From positions 1 through 64,000 of IMG/VR virus record IMGVR_UViG_3300043811_000021: DNA of 64,000 nucleotides; one strand, written 5' to 3'. Each line of letters begins with the position of its first letter. Position 1 is the first letter of the stretch. The stretch comes from a virus. The position numbers were made by a program, and so were the translations under genes. The notes under the pieces are model-generated. The model made no database searches. It saw only the letters and a list, made by a program, of their open reading frames with translations, and was not told the origin of the DNA. Below, piece by piece: positions 34,578 to 45,276 of the stretch.

Positions 34578-35441
34578 ATGGCTAACGCTTGGTTTCGCTT
34601 GTACTCGGAATTTGCTCACGACCCTAAAGTGCAGACCATGCCGGTCGCTATGCAGAGGCATCTCATAATGCTGTTCTGTCTGCGCTGCGAGGGTAAGCCA
34701 CTCCGAAAATATTCTGACGAAGAGATCGCCTATTTTCTCCAAATCACACCACTAGAATTGCCTCCAGTGAAGTCGATTTTAGAAAAAAAGGGATTTATAG
34801 ATAATACATGGGAAATACTAAATTGGGATAAAAGACAATATGTTTCAGATTCATCGACAGACCGTGTTCGTCAATATCGAGAGCGGATGAAACAGGATGA
34901 AACGTTACTGAAACGTGGTGAAACGGAAAATGTAACGGTCCCAGAACAGATACAGAACAGAACAGATACAGAGCAGAAACAGAAAAAGCCTGCCGCAAAG
35001 GCAAAGCCTTTGCAGTTTATTTTGCCGGATTGGATAGACAAAAATGCTTGGGCTGGATTTGAGGAAATGCGGAAGAAAAAAAGAGCGCCGATGACCGACA
35101 GAGCGAGAGCCGGAATAGTGCAGGATTTAGAAAAACTTTGTCCTGTCGGGGATAACGGCGCAGCGATTTTAGATCAAAGCACAAAGAAATGCTGGTCTGG
35201 AGTATTTCCACTTTCAAGAGTTAATGGGGGATTTAATGCCAATTTACCTACAGGAAAGACAGATTCCAATATGGCAATTCTCGAAGAGCTTATCGCTGAG
35301 GACCAACATCGAAGCCGCGCTGCTGAAAATGGCTTCATGCAGGCAGGCGAAGACGAGCAAGATGGACCTCCAACTTTACTCGTCGATTCTGGAGCCGCTA
35401 GACATGAGAGCTTTTCAGGTGGCGATGGCTATGATTTCTGA
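34578..35441 (+). CDS. Phage replication initiator-like protein
   Basis: WFRLY.EF..DPKVQ N-terminus, NW.KRQY.SD.ST.RV..YR, C-terminal W..F.EMRK.K..P.T..A...W.GVF; upstream of helicase. Confidence 0.75.
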   Translation: MANAWFRLYSEFAHDPKVQTMPVAMQRHLIMLFCLRCEGKPLRKYSDEEIAYFLQITPLELPPVKSILEKKGFIDNTWEILNWDKRQYVSDSSTDRVRQYRERMKQDETLLKRGETENVTVPEQIQNRTDTEQKQKKPAAKAKPLQFILPDWIDKNAWAGFEEMRKKKRAPMTDRARAGIVQDLEKLCPVGDNGAAILDQSTKKCWSGVFPLSRVNGGFNANLPTGKTDSNMAILEELIAEDQHRSRAAENGFMQAGEDEQDGPPTLLVDSGAARHESFSGGDGYDF

Positions 35442-35601
35442 ATCTGAGCGCCAAGAGGGAGAAACAGCCTTCCCGTCGTTAGGAACGATCCTGGCGGCAA
35501 TGGAAGAGGCTAGAGAGCGGTTCCCTGTGTTCTCGCAGGGGGCTACAGAAGTGAATACTACTCCGGTGTTTGCGGAGAATAAGCAGAAGAGGTTGGCATG
35601 A
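35224..35601 (+). CDS. Putative helicase loader-like protein (start uncertain)
   Basis: Overlaps initiator 3' end; FPSLGTI motif. Confidence 0.4.
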   Translation: MGDLMPIYLQERQIPIWQFSKSLSLRTNIEAALLKMASCRQAKTSKMDLQLYSSILEPLDMRAFQVAMAMISESERQEGETAFPSLGTILAAMEEARERFPVFSQGATEVNTTPVFAENKQKRLA

Positions 35602-36218
35602 GGATAGGAACTAAAAGCGTCTTATTCGGCGCACACTGCTTTTTTCTACATCCTTGGTTCGTTGCGCTGGGATGGTGGAAGCTCTACGGATTTCCGTTTG
35701 ACCCGCGCCTATGGGTTGCGTTCTTTGTTCACGATCTGGGCTACATCGGTAAACCGAACATGGACGGACCTGAAGGCGAGAGGCATGTGGAGTTTGGAGC
35801 GAAGATTATGTCACGGATTTTCGACCCTCTTGAAAACTACTACAACATATATCTTGAAGACGGAACGCCTATCGGAAAATGGGGACAGTTTTCACTTTAC
35901 CACTCCCGTTACTATGCCAAAGCGAACGGAGTACAACCATCACGTCTATGCTTCGCAGACAAACTCTCATTCCCGCTTACACCTCGCTGGTTATATCTTC
36001 CTGCGGTCACTGCTACTGGAGAGATAAATGAATATCTAAAGAACGCCCAGAAAGCCGATAGTGGACATTGGAAACCTACAGGGTATGACAAGAAACTCTG
36101 GCATAAACAACTTTGCGAGTACATGATCAAGTGGGTCAATGAGCATAAAGATGGAGCACAGGATACATGGACTGATGCGAAACGTCATGCAAAAACTGAC
36201 AGTGGAGTGTGGCAATGA
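35598..36218 (+). CDS. HD-like hypothetical protein
   Basis: H...H, HD.GY, HSR, ADK residues. Confidence 0.55.
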   Translation: MRIGTKSVLFGAHCFFLHPWFVALGWWKLYGFPFDPRLWVAFFVHDLGYIGKPNMDGPEGERHVEFGAKIMSRIFDPLENYYNIYLEDGTPIGKWGQFSLYHSRYYAKANGVQPSRLCFADKLSFPLTPRWLYLPAVTATGEINEYLKNAQKADSGHWKPTGYDKKLWHKQLCEYMIKWVNEHKDGAQDTWTDAKRHAKTDSGVWQ

Positions 36219-37678
36219 GTTTTGACGATCTTGACGATTTCTTCGCATCCGACGAAGTTCCTGAGCCGCCGCCAGAGATTGCAGCGCCCGTACAAGAGCC
36301 GCCGAAGAAGAACGGATACAAGTCTACGCCTAATGCTGTATTTGATGCTGGATTACCGTCCAATGTAGATGCAGAAAAGACGGTACTTGGAGCCGCGCTG
36401 CTTGACAATGCTTGCATTAAAGAAATTCTTCAAGAACTTGAGCCGGATGATTTTTCTCTTGATTCGAATCGCAGAATATGCCATAGAATGGCTGACCTAT
36501 ATAACTCCGGCCACGCGGTCGATATCGTCACACTCGTAGCAGAATTGGAAAAGCATAAAGAACGTGATTCTGTCGGCGGAGTGGCTTACTTAGCCAGTCT
36601 CACCGAAGGATTACCACGCCGTCCAGTCATTGATGAATACCTTCGTATTCTCGTAGATAAAAGCATACTTCGTAAGATCATGCTCATCAACTCTGCGTCT
36701 ATCGCCAGAGCCGCAGACCAAAGTGAGACTGCCTTAGAGGTATTCGGCGCACTCGAATTACAGTTACAAGTAATCAAAGATAGAACTAAGGCTCTGCTAC
36801 GCCGGAGAAATCCAGAACCTTTCTTTGTTGGATACAGAACATTCGCCAGCACTCATCCTGATGAAATTGAGTGGACAGTGGAAGGAATAATTCAGAAAGA
36901 CGGCAATGGATTAATTCTTGGCGATTCAGGAACGTCAAAATCTTTGTTGATTTTTGATCTTGCATTACACCTTGTAGGCGGTGTACAGTGGTTCCATCAT
37001 AAAGTCCCAAGCAGGGTAAAAGTAGGACTTGTAGCGAGGGAAGATTCACCTGGGTTATCTCATAGCAGACTTACGAGAATGAGAGCAGGAGCCTCTGAGT
37101 CCTTAGCGACGTTTCTTGAATATGTTGATCTTGAAGACTGGTTATACGTCCACACACGCGCACAAAGAGAAACATGGAGTTTACAAAAAGAGGCAGATAT
37201 TCAGGAGATCATCGAAGCTACAAAAGAAAGAGGAATTCAGTTTTTATTCTTCGATGTTTTCAGAACTCTATGGGAAGGGAATGAAAACGACAATCAAGAG
37301 ACTGCGAGAGTCCTTGAATCTGCAAAACGAATCGGGAGAGAGGCTAACTGCCAAGTCTGCATCGTCCATCATCTTTCCAAAAGTGATCGTGGGACAATTT
37401 TCGATAGAGCGAGAGGCGGAGGAATCAACGGATGGAAAGAATGGGGTATAGGTCTAACGGTTGAGAATCCAGATGCAAGTCCTAAAGATCAGATCAGAAA
37501 GATGGTTTTTCATACTAAAGCATCTGTATCATCTGATCCTATTCACTACCGGATCGACGGATACGACTCTAAGCTATGCTTAGAAGAAGTCGATCCTCCA
37601 ACACAGCAATACAGTTACAAAAAAGGAAAGAAAAAAGAAGAACCAGTCCAGGACCATATTTCTTGGAACAAGGACTAG
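36209..37678 (+). CDS. Replicative helicase: DnaB N-terminal domain plus RecA-fold (AAA_25/RepA-like) ATPase
   Basis: P.NVDAE.TVLGA.LLD, VDIVTL, GG.AYLA.L; Walker A-like GDSGTSKS; FFDV; ENDN; VHH..K; ARG. Confidence 0.85.
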   Translation: MAMSFDDLDDFFASDEVPEPPPEIAAPVQEPPKKNGYKSTPNAVFDAGLPSNVDAEKTVLGAALLDNACIKEILQELEPDDFSLDSNRRICHRMADLYNSGHAVDIVTLVAELEKHKERDSVGGVAYLASLTEGLPRRPVIDEYLRILVDKSILRKIMLINSASIARAADQSETALEVFGALELQLQVIKDRTKALLRRRNPEPFFVGYRTFASTHPDEIEWTVEGIIQKDGNGLILGDSGTSKSLLIFDLALHLVGGVQWFHHKVPSRVKVGLVAREDSPGLSHSRLTRMRAGASESLATFLEYVDLEDWLYVHTRAQRETWSLQKEADIQEIIEATKERGIQFLFFDVFRTLWEGNENDNQETARVLESAKRIGREANCQVCIVHHLSKSDRGTIFDRARGGGINGWKEWGIGLTVENPDASPKDQIRKMVFHTKASVSSDPIHYRIDGYDSKLCLEEVDPPTQQYSYKKGKKKEEPVQDHISWNKD

Positions 37679-38082
37679 GAGCATCATGGCACAATCGGCG
37701 ACATGGGCACCAGAGAAAGAAACACTAACAGAATTCAATGCGCGGCTCGATAGAGAGGATATAGAGGCCATGACAGTGAAGTGTCCTCTCGAATCATGCG
37801 GCGCTGAGGTAGGCCAACCGTGCGTTACGGATTCTGGTATAAAGAGAATTCGACATGCACGGCGTATATGGGTAGCTAGGAGGGGAAATGACAATAAGAT
37901 GTGATGATGAGATAGAATGTCCTTATTGCGGTCACATGAACGAACCTGATCCGCCGCGCATCACTGATACTGCGATGGATTGCGAAAAGTGCGAGAAGCA
38001 CTTCAGATTCTACTCGGAGGCGACAATAACTTACTACAGCAGTAAGATTGATGGGGAAGAATAATGACTACTAGGAGGCGGA

Positions 38083-38865
38083 ATGGGTAAGACATCGATT
38101 TCGTGGACATCGACTATATTACCTAACGGAGATATATCTCCAGGATTTTCATTTAATCCGTGGTGGGGATGTACTGAAATCTCTTCTGGCTGCGACAACT
38201 GCTATGCGCGTGTCTTAGATGGTCGTTGGGGCGGTGAATCGCATTGGGGAAAGGGCGTACCTCGTAAAACCATGAGCGATAGCTACTGGAGACAGCCTTT
38301 GCGGTGGGATGCAATTGCTGCGAAGGATGGTATCAAGCATAAAGTCTTCTGTGCATCAATGGCAGATATAATGGACGATGAGGCTCCAGAAGGACAGCGT
38401 GATAGGTTATGGGAACTGATTCATAACACTCCTAACCTAATCTGGCTACTTCTTACCAAGCGTCCACAGAGATATGCTAAATATCTTCCGCTATTCAACT
38501 GCCCGAAAAATATATGGTTAGGTACAAGTGCGGAAGATCAATCCAACTATAATTTGCGCTGGCCATATCTTAAGTTCGCAGCAGAGGCTAGAGAACTAAT
38601 TAGTTTTATTAGTTACGAACCAGCATTAGGCCCTTTGGAATTAAGGCAAAAGGACGGCAGACCAAACTGGGTAATATGCGGGGCAGAAAGCGGGAATAAC
38701 CGTCGCGACATGGAACAAGACTGGGCGAATAATCTACGATTTGAGTGCGAGAACGACGGAGTTTCGTTTTGGATGAAACAGATGGGCGCTAGGACTCCAG
38801 AGGAAGGTAGTAAGTTAATTCCTGCTCACTTGCTTATACGTCAATTTCCGGGAGAGACTAAATGA
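38083..38865 (+). CDS. DUF5131 (phage Gp37/Gp68) family protein
   Basis: FNPWWGCTEISSGCDNCYA, VFCASMAD, LLTKRP, SYEP.LG, WVI.G.ESG, FWMKQ.G. Confidence 0.9.
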   Translation: MGKTSISWTSTILPNGDISPGFSFNPWWGCTEISSGCDNCYARVLDGRWGGESHWGKGVPRKTMSDSYWRQPLRWDAIAAKDGIKHKVFCASMADIMDDEAPEGQRDRLWELIHNTPNLIWLLLTKRPQRYAKYLPLFNCPKNIWLGTSAEDQSNYNLRWPYLKFAAEARELISFISYEPALGPLELRQKDGRPNWVICGAESGNNRRDMEQDWANNLRFECENDGVSFWMKQMGARTPEEGSKLIPAHLLIRQFPGETK

Positions 38866-39293
38866 TTCTTTCAGGCGCAGATATAAATCAGTATATCAAG
38901 TACGGAGGTCTGTCTTTTTCTCCAGAGTTACGCGAAGATCAGTTTCAACAGAATGGAATAGACCTGATCCTTAACGAAGTTGAGTTAGTGCGTAAAGGAG
39001 TAGACATTTCTTTCTATCTCGGTAGTACGAGAGAGTACGTGCAGATGCCGAATGATCTTATGGGAGACGTAGCGTTAAGATCGACTATGGCTCGTGGGAT
39101 AATGCTCATGCCGAACACAAAGGTAGACGCAGGATTTCACGGAAACATTACTCTGGAAATATGGGCATGGAACGATGTAGAATTACCTATCGGGGAGAGA
39201 TTTGTACATTTTGTTCTTCATAAGTTAGCTAGTCCATCAGAACCATATTCCGGTAAGTACCAAGGGCAGACAGGGATTACTCATGCAAAATAG
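38862..39293 (+). CDS. dcd: dCTP deaminase / dUTPase superfamily protein
   Basis: Q.NG.DL, RST.AR.G, VDAGF.G.ITLE, Y.GKYQGQ. Confidence 0.8.
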   Translation: MILSGADINQYIKYGGLSFSPELREDQFQQNGIDLILNEVELVRKGVDISFYLGSTREYVQMPNDLMGDVALRSTMARGIMLMPNTKVDAGFHGNITLEIWAWNDVELPIGERFVHFVLHKLASPSEPYSGKYQGQTGITHAK

Positions 39294-39302
39294 GGAGGGA
39301 AA

Positions 39303-39932
39303 ATGTTCAAAGAAGAAACAGTAGTTATGTACGACAGTCCCGAAGCGGCGACACTGGTTGAGATGAAAGGGTGGAAATCTCGATTAGGTCACTTTTATCC
39401 AGGAGACAACCCAAGCAGTGAACACGGAGCTAGGTGGTCGGGGTGTACGCATCAAACATGCGTCTGCGGGAACATTTATGAACATGGAAGAGTGAGGTGT
39501 AATTCCTGTCAAGCAAAGATCGACTGCGAAAAATACTACGCTCTTCCTATTGCGAACTGGGATGGAATCACTCCTACTTGCGACGATGAGCGAGATAAAT
39601 ATTTCTGGACAAAAGAAGAGTTGATGGATGAGATGTATTGGCAACTCGAAGAAGCCAAGAAGCGCGGTGAAGAGCCAGAGATGCATGTTGTTATCGCCGA
39701 ACCTCATTACCTTCATCAACTCGATGGCTCCGAATGGTCTGATGATCTTCCTGATGAGGGAGACGGAGAACTGCCCGACGAAGTGGGAGCCGCAATAGAC
39801 GCTCTGAACGCCGTACTGAAAGAGCAAGGACCATCCTGCTGGTATCCAGGTAAAGAGCGTATTGACATGGATAAACTATGGAAGGAATTAAAGGAAGGAT
39901 TATCTAAGGAGTCAGATAACAATGCCAATTAA
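39303..39932 (+). CDS. Conserved phage hypothetical protein
   Basis: DS.EAA....GW.SR.G.F...E..AR..GCTH..C. Confidence 0.65.
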   Translation: MFKEETVVMYDSPEAATLVEMKGWKSRLGHFYPGDNPSSEHGARWSGCTHQTCVCGNIYEHGRVRCNSCQAKIDCEKYYALPIANWDGITPTCDDERDKYFWTKEELMDEMYWQLEEAKKRGEEPEMHVVIAEPHYLHQLDGSEWSDDLPDEGDGELPDEVGAAIDALNAVLKEQGPSCWYPGKERIDMDKLWKELKEGLSKESDNNAN

Positions 39933-41014
39933 ACGCAGAAAGAAGACTGGAGGACGAAAGGTAAATCCAATCCTTCAGGCGTACACTGAGAAATACAAAT
40001 TGACTCCTAAACAAAGAGAGTTAACTGCAAAGTGCCTTGTTCAGTTGGCTCTTTGCCAAAGCGAAGAAGCGAGAAGACTAATACTGGGGGTGGCGGCATG
40101 AGTGCAATAGCAGTTAACGATCAAGGTGTTATGAAGAGGCCGAGAGCCAACGATGAATGTGTCCTTCGCAGAGCAGCAGAATTAGCCCTACCAGAAGTAA
40201 AAGTATGGCTTGGTAATGATGGCTCTCCTGATTCTGAAGTTATTGAAGATTTGATGGAAACATTAGGAGAGATAGACGGATTTGCAATCGCTGATAGATT
40301 GCAGCATAGAAAACATTGGGATTGTGACTCTAGACTCGTTGACATATTAAACGGTAATTTTGTCAGTGATGCGCAAGATGAACTTGAGAAACAATGGGTT
40401 AAATGTTTAGGGATCACATTAGATATTCCTGTCGGCGCTCAGGTAAAAATCAAGCGTCTTCCGAGAGGGCTAACCGATGTTACGGGAGAAGTGGTAAAGC
40501 ACTATCCTGAATCTGCTAAGTACGGAGTTCGGACTCCAGAGCAGCCGAAAACTTCAAACTGGATTCTTCTGCCAGAAGATATTGAGTCTATATGACAACA
40601 ACATATCACCTTTGTATCAGTCTGACGGGCGCTCTTAGAAGCTGGAGAGACAGCGATTATATTGGTTGCTGCACGGATGCTGACGGCAGGACAATGGAGC
40701 CTTGGGAAGTGAAGGCATATTTTCTTGCTTGTGTGTCTGAGGGTAAAAAAGTAATTCCGATGGACTCCAGTTGCGATAACTTTGACTTTCAGGAAGGATG
40801 CTTGGGACATGAGGAGGTAGTAAATGAGTAGGCGTATTGGAAATGTTACGGTTATAGAAGTTGAAGAAGATCGTCGCTGTGAATTATGTGGAGCAATAGA
40901 AGAATGTCGCCCGTATGGTCCAAAAGGTGAGCAAGTATGTTTCCAGTGTGGAATGAAGAATGAGAAAGCCGCTGAACGTCAATGCAATAAGCACCTTTTT
41001 GGAGAAGGTAATGC

Positions 41015-41416
41015 ATGATTAAACGTACTCCCATAAAACGCAAAACTCCCCTGCGCTCCAAGAAGCCTGAGCCGCGCACAGAAAGGATTCCTTTGACTAT
41101 ACTGAGACCCGGTGAAGTGAAGAAAGAAGTAGAAGTCGAACACATATTCCGCGACGGTAGAACAAAGATAAATCAGAACTGTAAAGAGGGTCGTGATCTT
41201 TACCAATCTCGCAAGAGAATAGCATGGGAGGCGCAAGGGAAACTATGTGCTATCTGCCATAAGACTCTAGCATTTAGTGATTCACAGGTGGACCATAAGG
41301 AACCCCGAGGCATGGGCGCAGGAAAGATCGATGATCGCCAAGAGAATATTCAGGCTGTACACCCCATTTGCAATAGTCGTAAGGGGTCTATAAGAGACTT
41401 TGAGGATGTAGACTAA
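41015..41416 (+). CDS. HNH endonuclease
   Basis: CAIC...VDH...N...H..CN..KG. Confidence 0.8.
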   Translation: MIKRTPIKRKTPLRSKKPEPRTERIPLTILRPGEVKKEVEVEHIFRDGRTKINQNCKEGRDLYQSRKRIAWEAQGKLCAICHKTLAFSDSQVDHKEPRGMGAGKIDDRQENIQAVHPICNSRKGSIRDFEDVD

Positions 41417-42463
41417 ATGGATTACCTTTCAATATGCTCTGGATTTGGCGGTGCTGAGTTAGCTTTTGAGCCGCTAGGATGGAATTGTGTGGCAGTTAGT
41501 GAGATAGAACCTGCTGCTTGTTCTGTTCTAAAGTCGCGCTGGCCAAATACGCTGAGCATTGGAGACTTTACAAGAATAGGAGCTACAGATGTCGGACCAA
41601 TCGACCTTTTGGTCGGAGGAACACCTTGCCAATCTTTCTCAATCGCAGGTCTCCGAGGAGGATTGGGCGACGACCGTGGCAACTTGGCGCTCGAATTTCT
41701 TAGACTTGCTGATCGCACACGGCCCAGATGGATACTCTGGGAAAACGTGCCCGGCGTATACTCTGCAACTTCCCACGTCGCTCCCGATCCATGTCCACCG
41801 GAAATCGACTTGGACAGTCCAGACGGACCCAAAGACGGGGAAGAAATCGTGGTTGAGGACGAATACGACGCAGACGAAGACCATGCGTTCTCATGCTTCT
41901 TGGCCGGACTTTCAGAACTCGGGTACGGATATGCCTACAGGACTCTTGACGCTAGATACTTTGGAGTCCCCCAAAGACGCCGTAGAGTTTTTGTTGTCGC
42001 ATATCTTGGAAACGGGAATCGTGCCAGAGCAGTATTATTTGAGCGCAACTGCTTGTCTTGGAATTCTCCGAAGAGCAAAGAAAAGGGGCAAAGCGTTGCC
42101 GGATGCCTTAAGGGTGGCTCTGGAAAACGTGGCTATCCAGACCCATCAGACGGAAACGGAGGAGGACTTGTTGATGTTACAGGAACCCTCGCTGGAGGAT
42201 CAGGAGAACGACTAGCTAACACTTTAGGAACTAGAAATAGCGATGGACGTAATGAACGAGGTGATGGAAGTGGCAATCAGATTGCCACTTGGCCAGCAGA
42301 AGTAACTCAAACTCTCGATTCTCACTATGGCGATAAACAAGGCTTAGAAGACCAACATATTCGGGGGGGGGCAACATTATTTGTCCCATGCAGTAACTTG
42401 CCATCAAGCGAAGGGCGGCGACCCAACGACGGACAATTATGTGGTGACAGGGGGTTTCTTTGA
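41417..42463 (+). CDS. DNA cytosine-5 methyltransferase, N-terminal part (motifs I-VIII)
   Basis: SICSGFGG, GGTPCQSFS.AG, WENVPG, PQRRRRVF. Confidence 0.9.
   Translation: MDYLSICSGFGGAELAFEPLGWNCVAVSEIEPAACSVLKSRWPNTLSIGDFTRIGATDVGPIDLLVGGTPCQSFSIAGLRGGLGDDRGNLALEFLRLADRTRPRWILWENVPGVYSATSHVAPDPCPPEIDLDSPDGPKDGEEIVVEDEYDADEDHAFSCFLAGLSELGYGYAYRTLDARYFGVPQRRRRVFVVAYLGNGNRARAVLFERNCLSWNSPKSKEKGQSVAGCLKGGSGKRGYPDPSDGNGGGLVDVTGTLAGGSGERLANTLGTRNSDGRNERGDGSGNQIATWPAEVTQTLDSHYGDKQGLEDQHIRGGATLFVPCSNLPSSEGRRPNDGQLCGDRGFL
41589..42215 (+). CDS. Nested alternative-frame ORF, possible MTase beta-subunit-like polypeptide
   Basis: 208 aa open +1 frame inside the MTase; LSHILETG.VP..YYLS..AC.GILRRA..RGK.LP motif. 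Confidence 0.55.
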   Translation: MSDQSTFWSEEHLANLSQSQVSEEDWATTVATWRSNFLDLLIAHGPDGYSGKTCPAYTLQLPTSLPIHVHRKSTWTVQTDPKTGKKSWLRTNTTQTKTMRSHASWPDFQNSGTDMPTGLLTLDTLESPKDAVEFLLSHILETGIVPEQYYLSATACLGILRRAKKRGKALPDALRVALENVAIQTHQTETEEDLLMLQEPSLEDQEND

Positions 42464-42959
42464 CAACCTTAAAGGTTTTCATAATACAGGAAAAGGATGG
42501 TGGAACGAAGGAGACATAGCAGGTACAGTAAGAACTCCAAAGGGAACCGATTCTATAAACCATACTGTTATTTCTTTTTCTAATGTCAGTGATGGTTCTA
42601 GCGCACGTAATGCTAGCGATATTTCCAATCCTCTCACTTGCAGACATGGTGATCCTGGGATGATAGCTTTCAGAACCAATCAAACATCTGCTAATGGACC
42701 GATTCACTCCGTGGATGTTACAGATAGTTTAGCGTCAGACCATCCTCCAGCAGCGGTACAAGGTATGCAAGTACGCAGACTAACCCCTGTAGAGTGCTCC
42801 AGATTGCAAGGTGTACCAGATGACCATTTAGACATACTTCACAACGGTAAACCTCTTGCAGATGGGAACAAATATAGGTTGCTAGGGAACGGGTTTGCTG
42901 TACCAGTCGTGGCATGGATTGGAAGGCGCATACAGATGGTGGAGGATATGACAAAGTGA
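42381..42959 (+). CDS. DNA cytosine-5 methyltransferase, C-terminal part (motifs IX-X)
   Basis: RRLTPVECSRLQG.PD, Y..LGNG.AVPVV.WIG; +1 frame after a G9 tract. Confidence 0.8.
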   Translation: MSHAVTCHQAKGGDPTTDNYVVTGGFFDNLKGFHNTGKGWWNEGDIAGTVRTPKGTDSINHTVISFSNVSDGSSARNASDISNPLTCRHGDPGMIAFRTNQTSANGPIHSVDVTDSLASDHPPAAVQGMQVRRLTPVECSRLQGVPDDHLDILHNGKPLADGNKYRLLGNGFAVPVVAWIGRRIQMVEDMTK

Positions 42960-43155
42960 CCCCCGATCTATGCCCCACCTGTGGCCGTCCCTACCGTACT
43001 CCATCGCGTCAGGCGGGTAGAAGAATCTGTGCTTTGTGTGGGCATAAAATAGGGCGCTACGATAAGTGGGAATTTGGTCCTGATTCTCGCCCTCAGCACA
43101 AGAACTGCAAGCATCCCCGTGGTACACTAGATAGTAAAGAGGTTAAAGGATTATT

Positions 43156-43530
43156 TTGAAGAATACTAACTTTCAGCGATGGTCAGATGCAGAACTAGCT
43201 ACACTCAAAGAGTTGGCAGGTAAATATCCAGCTTCATACATAGGAGCACAGATCGGACGTGGAACCGAAGGCGCAAGGAAGATGATCCGTAAACTCGGTC
43301 TGACTCCGTACAAGGTTCCAATCACCAAACCAGTTTCTCATCTAAGGCCGAATAGGAAATCACCAGTTCAAAATATTACTCCTATCGCGAAACCGGAAAA
43401 GAAGAAGTTTGTAACCAAAGAAGTTTCAATGCTTGAGAAGTGCCCAGTACATCACTGCTGGGTATCAATTACAGACTGGGCAGGGCATGTAGAGAGATTG
43501 GGCGGGACTTGTAAGAGGCCAGCGGCATGA
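43156..43530 (+). CDS. Putative HTH/SANT-like DNA-binding protein
   Basis: WS.AE...L.......IGAQIGR......KLGL. Confidence 0.5.
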   Translation: MKNTNFQRWSDAELATLKELAGKYPASYIGAQIGRGTEGARKMIRKLGLTPYKVPITKPVSHLRPNRKSPVQNITPIAKPEKKKFVTKEVSMLEKCPVHHCWVSITDWAGHVERLGGTCKRPAA

Positions 43531-43674
43531 CAATTTGCTTACACTACCATCCCAGTGATCCGCGCTACGAAAATTGCCTACTTTGCGCAAAGAATAAACT
43601 TCGGGAAATTTGGATGCGTCATTGGGATCATAAAAAAAATGGGAATTACATACTTGACTCCCTCGGAGGGGAAA

Positions 43675-44112
43675 ATGAAGTTGTTTGATCGCATTTTCAA
43701 AATCGAAGAAATCAACGGTGCCAATCGTTGCCCCACGTACCTCTATCGTTGGACACTGCTGAAGCTGTGGGCCGGGCGCGGCGTCTACCTCCATCATTTC
43801 ATCGGTGATGACTGGTCGCTCGACCTGCACGACCACCCAAAGCGATTCATCTCCATCGGGCTGTGGGGGAAATATCTGGAGACAACGCCAAGCGGCGCAA
43901 AGGTCTATCGTGCGCCGTGGATACGGACGTTCCCTGCCGATCACATCCACCGGCTGAGCATGATCGACGGCGGACACTGCTGGACGCTGGTGATCGTCCT
44001 GAAGGCCGTGCGCGATTGGGGATTCTGGCATGATGGGCTATTTATCCAATGGCGTAGGTACGTCAAGGGTGACAAGAAAGAACTCGCCGACAAGATGAAG
44101 GCGTGCCCATGA
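43675..44112 (+). CDS. Cupin-like phage protein
   Basis: YL.RW, HH...DD...LHDHP, HRL, WTL, WGFW. Confidence 0.65.
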   Translation: MKLFDRIFKIEEINGANRCPTYLYRWTLLKLWAGRGVYLHHFIGDDWSLDLHDHPKRFISIGLWGKYLETTPSGAKVYRAPWIRTFPADHIHRLSMIDGGHCWTLVIVLKAVRDWGFWHDGLFIQWRRYVKGDKKELADKMKACP

Positions 44113-45276
44113 AAGGGAATCATGTATATAAGTCCCAAAAAAATAGGCTTACGCCTCTCCCGGAGCCTCCAGATGGCTTGTAACCTAGAGAAGTACCTAG
44201 AAGGTGAAGAACTCTCCTGCCGCCGTATAGCCCGCAGCGCCAACGATGGTACTCAGGCTCAAAAGGAATGGCTTAAGACGGCTGAGGTTCTTCTAGAGCG
44301 CCGTAGGGAGCATGTTCAGGTGTGTAAGAAGTGTGGAGGAGAAAAGTGAAAGCAGAATCCGAAGTAAAGATGGTCCATCCCGATGCTTACGTCTGCCGTG
44401 ATACCTTTGGAATGGTCGTAATGGCCGGTCCAGATGGCCCTAAACTAGGCGAAGGGAGATGCTATTACGAGGAAGAAGCATGGCTTGAGGCCGCTCAAAA
44501 TCTCCCTGATGAATAAATTAACTTGACTTTTACGCATCATCCTTACATACTGCTTGCATGGCGGCAAGCATACAACTCGGTTCTCGCGTGTATCTAAGGC
44601 TATGCATAGCCGGTGATCCTGGTTGCGTGATCGGCTTTGACCGCAAAGGAAAGGCAGTTGTGGAGTGGTACGACCTTGATCTTGGTCACACTACAAGTCA
44701 TGATGTTGACAATCTAGTGGTCGATGAGGCGTTCTCAGTCCGTCAGCTAGACCTGTTTGAAGAACTAGCGGCCTAGTTCGATCCTTTTGCACCCTTTGCC
44801 CACAAAAGCCACTTCATCAACGAAATAGATTGGCTTATACTCCTCTGCGGCCTTCCCGTCTGCGGTCATATAGCCGTTGTCTATGAGGTGCTGGTAGTTC
44901 TTGCGGTATGTCTCTAGTCTTTCTTTTGTCATGCTTGCAGAATACCACAAATACTTGCGTTTTTCTAGTTGACTTTTCTGTACGGAAGGCGCAGAATAAT
45001 AGACATGGAGAAAACAAATATGACGATCAAAGAATTTATTTTCAGTCCGTTTTACTATATACATGCCTGTGTAGAATATCTAAAGGCATCGAATCGCCTA
45101 TCTGCTGTAGAAAAACTGAGCGCAGAAGGAAAGATACCTTTCAGTAAACATAAGAAGGCATTTGATGAATACATGCCATACTACGAGGCAACGTGGAAAT
45201 ATTTTACGCCCACATTCTATCTCCTGTTTACGGTAATGGCAGGCGTGTTCATCGCAATAGCTATAAGGTAGATGAC

